A stretch of DNA of 64,000 nt from positions 254,976 to 318,975 of the forward strand of contig CAWFUA010000004.1 of the NCBI GenBank assembly GCA_963818945.1, given 5' to 3'. This stretch comes from an uncultured Acidobacteriaceae bacterium. Lineage in GTDB: Bacteria > Acidobacteriota > Terriglobia > Terriglobales > Acidobacteriaceae. Of the stretch, positions 30,149 through 38,526 are shown in pieces; the first letter of the stretch is position 1; every line of letters begins with the position of its first letter. A program made the translations under genes and the position numbers. The notes under the pieces are model-generated. The model was not told the origin of the DNA and did not search any database. It saw only the letters and a program-made list of their open reading frames with translations.

Positions 30149-31585
30149 CTACCTCCCCCGTCGTTGGTCGTTCGTCGTTGGTCGTTCGCGGTTTCCGGAC
30201 GCTGCCAGGTTGTTCTGCCAGCCTTCCAGGGCTTTTTCCAGCTTCACGCCGCGCGAGGCTTTTAACAGCACTACATCGCCTTCTCTCGCATGCCCCGCCA
30301 GCCACTCGCCGGCTTCTTCGGGTGTGGCTACGAACTCGGCGTGCATGCCTTCTGCGCTTGCCGCTTCCACCATGGGCTTTGCCAGGCCTCGCACTCCTAG
30401 CAGGAAATCCAGTTTCTTGTTCGCAATGTAACGGCCGCTGTCGCGGTGCAATTGCTCGGCGGTCGTGCCTAGTTCGAGCATTTCTCCTGCCACAACGATG
30501 CGGCGAGCTGCGGGCATGGCGGCCAAAGTGTCAACGGCAGCCATCAGAGCCCTTGGACTGGAATTGTAGCAATCGTAGAGGACCGAGATGTTACCCAGTT
30601 GGACGACCTCGCCGCGCTTGTCGGCGGCCGATAGAGAGGGAAGGGCTGCGGCGATCTCGGAGGGCGTGATGCCGTGTTGGATGGCCACGGCGGCGGCGGC
30701 GAGCACGTTGTAGACGTTGTGTTGGCCTAGCAACGGGCTGTGTACCCGTTGACGCACTCCATCGCAGGTCGTTCCTCCGCAGAGCAGGTCGAAGCGCGTG
30801 CCTCCGGCGCCGAGCGCTTCGATGTTTTCGGCGCGGATGTCGGCGGTGGGCTTCATGCCGTAAAGGACGACCTTGCCTTTGAAACCGCGGCCGAACTGGC
30901 TGACATATTCGTCGTCGGCGTTGAGGAAGGCGGTGCCGGAGCTGGGAAGAGCTTCGATCAGTTCGTACTTGGCGCGAGCGATGCCGGCAATGGAATCGAA
31001 GAATTCAAGGTGCACGGGTGCGACGTTGGTAACCACGCCCTGATTGGGGAGCGCAATGCGCGCGAGCGCGGCGATTTCGCCGGTGTGCGACATACCCATC
31101 TCAACCACCGCAAGATCGTATTCGGGTTCGAGCGTGAGCAGGCCGAGCGGGAGACCGAAGTGATTGTTGAAGTTTCCCTTGGTGCGATGGACGCGGTATT
31201 TGATGGAGAGCAGATGGGCGACGGCTTCTTTGGTGGTGGTCTTGCCCATGGAACCGGTGATGCCGATGGCCGTCTTGCCCCACAACTTTCGGACGGCGGT
31301 CGAGAGGGTTTGGAGGGCGACTAGCGTGTCTTCGACGGCGAGCAGACCTTTGGGATGGGCGTAGCGGGCTAGCTGATCTTTGCGGATGACGGCTGCGACC
31401 GCGCCCTGGCTCAGCACTGACTCGACGAAATCGTGGCCGTCGAAGCGCTCGCCTTTTACGGCGAAGAAGAGCTCTCCGGGCTGGATCGTGCGCGAGTCGA
31501 TGGAATATCCCTGCGCGATGGCGCTCGGATCATACTGGCCGGTGGCAGCGACGAATTCGGCGATGCGCGAAATCGGAAGCTTCAT
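30149..31585 (-). CDS. murF: UDP-N-acetylmuramoyl-tripeptide--D-alanyl-D-alanine ligase
   Basis: MKLPISRIAEF start at 31585 forms an ATGA overlap with the murE stop. GITGSMGKTTTKE P-loop. The last ~12 codons (ERPTTNDQRRGR) are encoded by a heptamer repeat block. Confidence 0.9.
   Translation of the reverse strand: MKLPISRIAEFVAATGQYDPSAIAQGYSIDSRTIQPGELFFAVKGERFDGHDFVESVLSQGAVAAVIRKDQLARYAHPKGLLAVEDTLVALQTLSTAVRKLWGKTAIGITGSMGKTTTKEAVAHLLSIKYRVHRTKGNFNNHFGLPLGLLTLEPEYDLAVVEMGMSHTGEIAALARIALPNQGVVTNVAPVHLEFFDSIAGIARAKYELIEALPSSGTAFLNADDEYVSQFGRGFKGKVVLYGMKPTADIRAENIEALGAGGTRFDLLCGGTTCDGVRQRVHSPLLGQHNVYNVLAAAAVAIQHGITPSEIAAALPSLSAADKRGEVVQLGNISVLYDCYNSSPRALMAAVDTLAAMPAARRIVVAGEMLELGTTAEQLHRDSGRYIANKKLDFLLGVRGLAKPMVEAASAEGMHAEFVATPEEAGEWLAGHAREGDVVLLKASRGVKLEKALEGWQNNLAASGNRERPTTNDQRRGR
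30158..30193. repeat. Heptamer tandem repeats (CGTTGGT/CGTTCGT) at the murF 3' end / mraY junction
   Basis: CCGTCGTTGGTCGTTCGTCGTTGGTCGTTCGCGG. This is the same unit family as inside rsmH, and a short relative follows the ABC ATPase stop at 6041-6062. Confidence 0.75.
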
Positions 31586-33126
31586 GCGCGGCTCCCTGCG
31601 GGGCTTGCCGGAACGGCCTGACCGCATTCGTACCCTAGTGAAGCGAGCACGTCGCGGGCCACATCGACATCGTCGAAGGGAATCGATCCTTCTCTGGTAG
31701 TCTGCGTTCTTTCGTGGCCTTTGCCGGCGAGGAGAACGATGTCGCCGGGCTTGGCTTGTCCGATGGCGAGCGCGATGGCCTTGCGGCGGTCGGGTTCGGT
31801 AGTGTATTTGCCGCCGGATTTCTGCAGGCCGGACCTTTGCAGTCCAACGACGGCGTCGTTGATGATGGCGAGCGGATCTTCGGAGCGCGGATTGTCGGAG
31901 GTGAGGACGACAAAGTCGCTTCCGTTGCCGGCGGCTTCACCCATCAGTGGGCGCTTGGCGCGGTCACGGTCGCCGCCGCAGCCGAAAAGGGTGATGACTT
32001 TGCCGTGGAGTCCGGCGCGGGTTACAAAATCGCGGGCTAGTGCGGTGAGGTTGCGGAGCGCATCGTCGGTGTGGGCGTAGTCGACGACGACGGTGAAAGG
32101 CTGGCCGCAATCGACGCGCTCGAAGCGGCCGGGGACGTGAGTGAGATTGGCAATTCCCTGGATGATTGCCTCGGGAGGGCAGTTGCGACAATGACTCGCG
32201 GCTGCCGCCGCCAGCGTGTTGTACACGTTTATGTTGCCGATGAGCGGCGTCCAGATGGCGAGTTGGCCGGTGGGCGTGACCATTTGAAAGCGAGTGCCGC
32301 GCGGTGTGATCTCGACGGATTCAGCGTGGAAGTCGCCGGTGGTCAGGCCGTAGGAAAAGACCTCGGAACCATTTTTCTTTGACAGCTTCAGCAACTGGCG
32401 GCCGGACTCGTCGTCGGTGTTTAGAACGGCGGCTCGCGGCGGCTCGGTTCCGCAGCCTTCGAATAGGATTTGTTTGGCCTGGATGTAGCGATCCATGGTG
32501 CCGTGGTAGTCGAGATGGTCGCGCGTGAGGTTGGTGAAGACGGCCACGTCGAATGGAATTCCGAAGACGCGTTGCTGGTCGAGCGCGTGCGAGGAGACTT
32601 CCATTACGAACTCGGTTACGCCTTGCGCCAGGCCCTCGGCTAGCAGTTGATTCAATTCGAGCGCTTCGGGCGTGGTGTGCGGGGCGGGGAGAATTTTTCC
32701 GGCGACATGGTATTCAATGGTGCCGATAAGCGCCGTTTTACGTCCGGCTGCCTGAAGAATGGATTCGACGACGAAGGCGGTGGTGCTTTTTCCGTTCGTG
32801 CCGGTGATGCCGGTGTTGGCAATGCGCTCGGCGGGGCGCTTGTAGAAGTTTGCGCTGAGGCGAGCTAGAGCGCGGCGGCCGTGCGGGACTTGCGCCCAGG
32901 CGACTCCGGGGCTCGGCGGTTCGGTTGCCGAGTCGGTGACGATGGCGACGGCTCCGGCGGCGATGGCCTGATCGATGAAGCGGTTGCCGTCGCTCGACTC
33001 GCCCTTCATGGCGACGAACACGCAGCCGGGGCGAACGCGGCGGGAATCGTAATCGACGCCGGTGACGGGCGGATTTCCGCTTTGGGAGAGGATCTCCGCC
33101 CCGTCCAGAAGTTGTTGAAAGGTCAT
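31582..33126 (-). CDS. murE: UDP-N-acetylmuramoyl-L-alanyl-D-glutamate--2,6-diaminopimelate ligase
   Basis: MTFQQLLDGAEIL start at 33126, GITGTNGKSTT P-loop, and a DNPR motif (TSDNPRSEDP). Confidence 0.93.
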   Translation of the reverse strand: MTFQQLLDGAEILSQSGNPPVTGVDYDSRRVRPGCVFVAMKGESSDGNRFIDQAIAAGAVAIVTDSATEPPSPGVAWAQVPHGRRALARLSANFYKRPAERIANTGITGTNGKSTTAFVVESILQAAGRKTALIGTIEYHVAGKILPAPHTTPEALELNQLLAEGLAQGVTEFVMEVSSHALDQQRVFGIPFDVAVFTNLTRDHLDYHGTMDRYIQAKQILFEGCGTEPPRAAVLNTDDESGRQLLKLSKKNGSEVFSYGLTTGDFHAESVEITPRGTRFQMVTPTGQLAIWTPLIGNINVYNTLAAAAASHCRNCPPEAIIQGIANLTHVPGRFERVDCGQPFTVVVDYAHTDDALRNLTALARDFVTRAGLHGKVITLFGCGGDRDRAKRPLMGEAAGNGSDFVVLTSDNPRSEDPLAIINDAVVGLQRSGLQKSGGKYTTEPDRRKAIALAIGQAKPGDIVLLAGKGHERTQTTREGSIPFDDVDVARDVLASLGYECGQAVPASPAGSRA

Positions 33127-33244
33127 TGCAGTGATTATAAATAGCGAGATCACGGGGGAAGGCTCTGATGGCACAAGAGAAGCCGGTCGGGAGCCGTTTA
33201 GCCTGATATCCTGACAATTGCTAAGAGCCAACTCGAAGAGAAGT

Positions 33245-33475
33245 ATGAGTGTTCCTCAAAATTCGTCGTGGAAAACGCGGCTGGTTGAGCGGGGATTTCC
33301 AGATCGTTCGTTTGACATTGAGTTCTGGCAAGAACAGGGAGATGAAGCCATCTTTTCCGCAGCCTGGGAATTGGTGGAACTAGCTGAGGAAATCAGCCAT
33401 GGCAGAAAACCCACCATGCAAAAAACCGCAACAACTCTTAAACGAATTTCAGGTTTGGCGGCTTCGCGGTTATGA
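33245..33475 (+). CDS. Small hypothetical protein (opposite strand, inside dcw cluster)
   Basis: MSVPQNSSWKTRLVERGFPDRSFDIEFWQEQGDEAIFSAAWELVELAEEI... in an AT-richer segment, divergent from murE. Confidence 0.45.
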   Translation: MSVPQNSSWKTRLVERGFPDRSFDIEFWQEQGDEAIFSAAWELVELAEEISHGRKPTMQKTATTLKRISGLAASRL

Positions 33476-33478
33476 AGT

Positions 33479-33736
33479 ATGGAGAATCCCATCAAGCGTA
33501 AACCCAACGCGGAAGAAGCGGCCAAAGTAATTGAGGACTTTGTCAACGGCACCGGCGGGCCGTGGGATTGGGATGACTTTATCTCCGTTCGAATTGCAGA
33601 TGAGGAACTCGAAGCGACCCGAATCAAGTGCCTTCGTACCCAATCGGAGTACCCTGGCGGCCCAAACCAGTGGTGTAACGATGAGGGTCGAGAGGTTTTG
33701 CGGAGCCTGGCAGAACAGCTTCGTTCCGGGAAGTAA
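33479..33736 (+). CDS. Small hypothetical protein
   Basis: 85 aa: MENPIKRKPNAEEAAKVIEDFVNGTGGPWDWDDFISVRIADEELE... It starts 4 nt after the previous ORF's stop and is convergent with the ftsI 3' end. Confidence 0.5.
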   Translation: MENPIKRKPNAEEAAKVIEDFVNGTGGPWDWDDFISVRIADEELEATRIKCLRTQSEYPGGPNQWCNDEGREVLRSLAEQLRSGK

Positions 33737-33772
33737 AATCGGCCTTAGTTTGCGTAACGAGGGTGGGTGCCG

Positions 33773-36014
33773 CTACCTTCCGAAGCGGACGACGACCCGC
33801 GCCCCGGCTGCTACGTGGGCGCCGGGTTGGGGCGATTGCTCGCGGGCTGTTCCGCTGCCGATGGCATCGAGGTCGAGGCCGGCATCTTGGGCGGCTTCGA
33901 GGGCGCTGCGCACGTTCTTGCCCAGGAACGATGGGACTTCGATTCCGCCTTCTTCTACGTCGAGCACTACGGTGCCGCTGGTTGCCCTTGCAGGACCGCC
34001 AGCCCCGTTTAGATTGGCTGGACTCGGGGCTGCCGCAGAGTGGGTTCCAACATCCCCCCCAGGCTTGAGTGGAGCCACCCGGCTCTCGCTGCATCTGCGC
34101 GGCTGGCACTACTTGCGATGCGATGGTTGCGGGAGCGGTCGCAGGCTTTGACTGCGCCAGAGCCGACAAGGCTGCGGCGTTCGGCGATGTTTCTGCAGCG
34201 GCGGCATCGGCGATATCGAGGCTTGCACCCAAGTGATCGGGCGAGCTCTCGTCGAGGCTCGTCTCTGGAACATTGCGGCGCGCGAACAGAAGTTGGCGAC
34301 TGGCGGGAAGTTCGACATCATGCGGCACGTGCTGGTACTCGAGCACTTGCTGCACGACGCGCTGGAACACGGGGGCTGAAATCTGGCCTCCCTGATGGAG
34401 ACCGACGGCCGAGTCGAGAATTACGACGACTGCGATCTGCGGATTATTGATGGGAGCGAAACCCGCAAACGAGGCGACATATTTCGTCTTCGAATACGCT
34501 CCGGTGGCGGGGTCAACCTTCTGCCCAGTACCGGTTTTGCCTGCGGAAGTGTAACCCTCGAGAAGCGCCTTGCGGCCGGTGCCGTGCAGAACCACTCCTT
34601 GCAGCATCTGGCGCATTTGGGCTGCGGTCAGCGACGAGATCACGCGCGCGCCTTCGGCCGGGTGGAAGGCGACGGTCTGCGGCGCACTCTTTTGCCCGAC
34701 TTGGGGCTCGACCTTGCCGGCTACGATGCGTGGCGGGACGCGGACGCCGTCGTTGGCGATGGTGGAGATCAGCGCGGCAAGTTGCACGGCGGAGATTCCG
34801 ATTTCCTGGCCCATGGAAATCGCAGCGAAGGATACTTTCGACCAACGGTCGACCGGCTTCGTCATGCCGCGCGTTTCGCCCGGTAATTCGATGCCCGTTT
34901 GCTGGCCGAAGCCGAATCCGCGAATGTATTTGTAGAAGCGGTCGTTGCCGAGGCGCATCCCGACCTTGATGGCGCCGACGTCGCTCGATTCCGCGATGAT
35001 GTCAGCGACCGAGAGCAGGCCATGCGGCTTGCTGTCGCGGATGCGCATGCCGTTGATGACGATCGAACCCATCTGACAGTCGAACATCTCATCGGGGCGA
35101 GTGACTTTTTCCTCGAGGCCCGCGGAGATGGTGACCATCTTGAAGGTCGAGCCGGGCTCGTAGATGTCGCTCACGGCGCGGTTTTTGAGCGACTCGGGAC
35201 GAATTTCCTTTTTGTTGTTGGGATTGAATGTCGGCCGATTGGTGAGCGCGAGGATTTCGCCGGTGCGCGGATTCTCGACCACCACTGTGCCCGCGATGGC
35301 CTTCGTTTCCTGCATCGCGCGCTCGAGTTCGCGCTCGGCAATGTACTGAATGTTCTGGTCGATGGTGAGGACTAGATTTTCACCCGGCTCCGATTCTTTT
35401 TCCACGCTGGCAAACCAGCGCTTGCGCGCGTCGACGGAGATCATCAGCTTGCCGGGCTTGCCTTGCAGCTGATCGTTGAACTCGCGTTCCAGGCCGCTCA
35501 GGCCCTGGTCGTCGGTGCCAACATAGCCGAGGACCTGGGCGGCCAGTTCGCGCTTGGGATAGAAGCGCTTGGGCTCCTTTTGAAAGTGAATGCCCTGGAG
35601 GTTGAGCGAGCGAATGCGCTCGACGGTTTCGGCGTCGGCCTTTCTGGCAACCCAGCAAAAGGTCTTGTGCGCCTTACAGTCGGCAAGAACAACGCGCGGA
35701 TCGTCTTTAGTGATGCGCGTGATCAGGCTGACGGTGTTGGCGAGGTCGGGCGCTTCGGTGGGGACGATGAAGGCGGAGTCCACGTCGATCGACATCGCTA
35801 ACTCGTGGCCGGCGCGGTCGTAGATAATGCCGCGCCTCGACGAGAGTTCAAAGCTGCGCTGCTGCTGGTGCTGGGCGCGGCGCTCGAAATCGCCGTAACA
35901 GAAAATCTGGAGATAGACGAGGCGGAGGCAGATGACGACGAGCCAGAGGCAGAGGAATCCGCAGAGGAGGTAGAGCCGGGAGCGCGCGCTGTTGGAAGAG
36001 GTGCTTGCCGCCAC
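33773..36014 (-). pseudogene. ftsI: Peptidoglycan D,D-transpeptidase FtsI/PBP with C-terminal PASTA domain, frame broken in the linker (probably a homopolymer error)
   Basis: GTG start at 36014. The TM, dimerisation and transpeptidase domains are intact (STFK, SSD, KTGT). After a P/A-rich linker the 796 aa ORF becomes R-rich nonsense. Track ORF 33773..34078 encodes a clean PASTA domain (VPSFLGKNVRSALEAAQDAGLDLDAIGSGTAREQSPQPGAHVAAGARVVVRF). A C7 run at 34054-34060 lies at the junction. Confidence 0.85.
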
Positions 36015-36016
36015 GT

Positions 36017-36100
36017 TTCGTTCTCAGTTCCCAGTTCTCAGTTCCCAGTGAAAAGCTCAGGGCCTCTGACTGAGAACTGAGAACTGGGAGCGGAGAACTG
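36017..36100. repeat. Heptamer tandem repeats (GTTCTCA/GTTCCCA) forming a long imperfect inverted repeat between ftsL and ftsI
   Basis: Left arm GTTCTCAGTTCCCAGTTCTCAGTTCCCAGTG. Right arm CTGAGAACTGAGAACTGGGAGCGGAGAACTG. Reverse-complementing the right arm matches ~24/28 positions. Confidence 0.8.
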
Positions 36101-36102
36101 AT

Positions 36103-36562
36103 TTATCTCGCGGATACGACTGCAACCGACCTTACGCTAGCCATAACCGGCGTGGCCGGATCGGCGACGGTATCCATGGGAATGACCTGGCCCGGGTCGG
36201 GCGCCTGCAGGCCCAGTTTGCGGGCCATGGCGTCAATTCGCTCCGGATCGCGCAGGGAAGCTTCTTCCAGGTGCAAAGCTTGATTCATTCCCGCCAGGCC
36301 GTCGCGCTGCGAACGCAGAGTTTCAATCTTGTATCCGTACTCGATGGCACGGAAATGCTGCAGGGCATATCCCATGACCAGCAGGAACAGGAGGCATATG
36401 GCGATACCGAACATGCGCATTTCGCGCGCCCGGCGTGGATCCTCGATCTTTACCAGGCGCGAGTTGTCGATGCGTTTGCGGAAGTAGATTTCCGGCGTGC
36501 CCAGCCAGCAGGGCTGCCGATCGGAGGAAAGCTAATTTGTGCATCGCCACGGCCGCGCTCAT
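36103..36562 (-). pseudogene. ftsL: Cell division protein FtsL, N-terminal region possibly frame-broken
   Basis: The 105 aa ORF from ATG 36420 has the TM and coiled coil (FGIAICLLFLLVMGYALQHFRAIEYGYKIETLRSQ). Upstream, the same frame stays open as GTPEIYFRKRIDNSRLVKIEDPRRAREM with no start codon (TAG at 36534-36532). An ATG at 36562 lies 3 nt after the upstream ORF's stop but in another frame. Confidence 0.7.
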
Positions 36563-36565
36563 GAG

Positions 36566-36829
36566 TTATGCCACTCCAGATTCTTGCCAGACAAGGTTGG
36601 AATCGTAGTCCGCGTTTTCCTGTGCCGATACGATCCAGGGTTCGATCTCCATCGGCGCAATGCCCTGTGATCTTGCTTCGGCGCGTTCGACCGTCGCGAT
36701 TAGATCCTCGATAAGAGTGCCTGTGAACATCATTTCCGAATATTCCGATCTCATTTCCGGACGCGGCCTGATTTTGTTTTTACTTGGCCGCTCCGGAATA
36801 ACTCCACCACAGAGTTTGCTCTTCCACAC
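36566..36829 (-). CDS. Small acidic hypothetical protein between rsmH and ftsL
   Basis: Up to 87 aa; internal starts at 36754 and 36733 are possible. ...MMFTGTLIEDLIATVERAEARSQGIAPMEIEPWIVSAQENADYDSNLVWQESGVA. Same strand, tightly packed before ftsL. Confidence 0.45.
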   Translation of the reverse strand: MWKSKLCGGVIPERPSKNKIRPRPEMRSEYSEMMFTGTLIEDLIATVERAEARSQGIAPMEIEPWIVSAQENADYDSNLVWQESGVA

Positions 36830-36909
36830 TGTTTACCCGGCGCGCTTTACAATCCCCGCACCGGGGGCCCGGCAGTTTCTCCGGACTAACTCAAACTCGT
36901 TCGCCTGTG

Positions 36910-37902
36910 CTACAACCGTTCCGCTGCGCGCATCTTTGCGCTGCGCGAACGCGGGTTGCGATCTATCTCTTCTTCGGTGGCCGTTACCGGCTTTTTTGTC
37001 AGCAGCCGGTATACGCCCTGCTTTGCGCCTTCGCGCATCGCATCCTTGACGATCCTGTCTTCGAGCGAGTGAAAGCTGATCACCACCAGCCTTCCGCCCG
37101 GCTTCAGCACGCGAGGCGAGGCCTCCAGCAGTGCTTTCAGATCGTCCAGTTCACGGTTTACGAAGATTCGGAGAGCCTGAAAGGTGCGAGTCGCTGGATG
37201 AATACGCTCATGTTTCATTGACCGGGCCGCGGCTGATATGACGTCTACAAGTTGCTTTGTCGTCTGTATCGGCCGCGACCGGACAATGGCTCTGGCGATT
37301 CTCCGCGACCTCCTTTCCTCACCGAATTCGTAAATCACATCGGCCAGCTCACGCTCGTCGATGTGGTTTACCACTTGTTCGGCGGCGAGGCCCGACATCG
37401 GATTCATCCGCATGTCCAAGGGCCCATCCGCCTGAAAACTGAATCCCCGCGCTGGGTCGCCGAGTTGCAAACTGCTCACGCCCAGATCGGCCAGAATGCC
37501 GTCGATCGTCGCTGGTCGTTGGTCGTTCGCAAGTTCTGCGAATGATCCGTGCAGCAAGGTGATCAGCGGCCAATCCGAGTTCGGTCGTTGGTCGTTGGTC
37601 GTTAGTCGTTCGGGAATTGGTTCGCTAACGACTGACGACTGACGACTATCGACCGCTGCGAGTCTTTGACTCGCAATCTCCAGCGCCGCCGGATCCTTAT
37701 CGAAGCCAATCAAATGTCCCGGTGCGCCGAGGCGTTTTGCTATTTCGAAACTGTGCCCGCCCAGGCCCACCGTGGCATCCAGATAAGTTCCGCCACGCTG
37801 TACGGCCAGAAAATCGATCGCTTCTTTTAAAAGAACCGGAACGTGGCCAGCCTGCCCACGCCCATCCCACTCGGGGATGTTTTGTCCAAAATCCGTTTCC
37901 AC
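36910..37902 (-). CDS. rsmH: 16S rRNA (cytosine1402-N4)-methyltransferase
   Basis: 330 aa, HVPVLLKEAIDFL, DATVGLGGHS, DLGVSSLQL, SFHSLEDRIVK. GTG start overlaps the mraZ stop by 1 nt. Contains an in-frame repeat-derived insertion. Confidence 0.93.
   Translation of the reverse strand: METDFGQNIPEWDGRGQAGHVPVLLKEAIDFLAVQRGGTYLDATVGLGGHSFEIAKRLGAPGHLIGFDKDPAALEIASQRLAAVDSRQSSVVSEPIPERLTTNDQRPNSDWPLITLLHGSFAELANDQRPATIDGILADLGVSSLQLGDPARGFSFQADGPLDMRMNPMSGLAAEQVVNHIDERELADVIYEFGEERRSRRIARAIVRSRPIQTTKQLVDVISAAARSMKHERIHPATRTFQALRIFVNRELDDLKALLEASPRVLKPGGRLVVISFHSLEDRIVKDAMREGAKQGVYRLLTKKPVTATEEEIDRNPRSRSAKMRAAERL
37505..37652. repeat. Heptamer tandem repeats (TCGTTGG/CGACTGA) including a palindromic block, located inside the rsmH coding sequence
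   Basis: 37508-37530 reads GTCGCTGGTCGTTGGTCGTTCGC. 37582-37610 reads CGGTCGTTGGTCGTTGGTCGTTAGTCGTTCG and faces 37624-37652 GCTAACGACTGACGACTGACGACTATCGACC. Translated in-frame this is ...SRQSSVVSEPIPERLTTNDQRPNSD... and ...ANDQRPATIDG. Confidence 0.8.
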
Positions 37903-38339
37903 TAGATGCCCAGGTCGTCGAGCGTCTTGGTGTCATCATCCGTGAAGGGCTCTTGAATCTCCTTATCGAGCGCTTCCATGTTCCGGACTTCCAGGTAGGT
38001 CAGATTGCCGAGCACTGCCACCTCCCCACGAAGCTGCGCCGACTCACGCAAAATCTGAGGGATCAGCAGGCGCCCCTGCCCGTCCATCTCTACGACCTGC
38101 CCGTAATAATTCGTGCGCGTCAAAAACTTCTTCTTCGTGGGATTGAACGTCGATAGAGAAGCCAGCCTCTGTTCGATCCGCTCCCATTCCTCGAAGGGAT
38201 ATATCTGGCCAATTACGCCATCCAGACTTGTGATGTAGAATCGCTGCGCATATTTTTCGTCGATCACGCGCTTGAATTCCGCGGGGACTTTGAGCCGTCC
38301 TTTTTCGTCCACGCGAGTTGGGTGATTTCCGCGAAACAT
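37902..38339 (-). CDS. mraZ: Transcriptional regulator MraZ
   Basis: 145 aa: MFRGNHPTRVDEKGRLKVPAEFK..., two SpoVT-AbrB-like repeats. It is the first gene of the dcw cluster. Confidence 0.95.
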   Translation of the reverse strand: MFRGNHPTRVDEKGRLKVPAEFKRVIDEKYAQRFYITSLDGVIGQIYPFEEWERIEQRLASLSTFNPTKKKFLTRTNYYGQVVEMDGQGRLLIPQILRESAQLRGEVAVLGNLTYLEVRNMEALDKEIQEPFTDDDTKTLDDLGI

Positions 38340-38526
38340 GCGATTTGCCGGTTTCTGGTCTACGTTTTAGGGCTGCTACCACAGCCAAAAGCACGACGAG
38401 GGAGGTAGAAGCGGTCACAAAACAGGTGGAATCGGGTTCATTTGGGCTCGTTTTGGGGGTGTCAGTCTCTAAAACCACTGGCGCCTCGAAAGTTAAGAAT
38501 TCCTGCCCTGAACTCTCTTGTTAATT

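Noticed and set aside
29779-30669. 296 aa plus-strand ORF spanning the mraY/murF junction
   Set aside because: It is antisense to two textbook dcw genes.
33624-33772. Last ~50 codons of the 796 aa ftsI ORF overlapping the + strand small ORF
   Set aside because: This is an artefact of reading through in the wrong frame after the C7 homopolymer. The PASTA frame stops at 33773.
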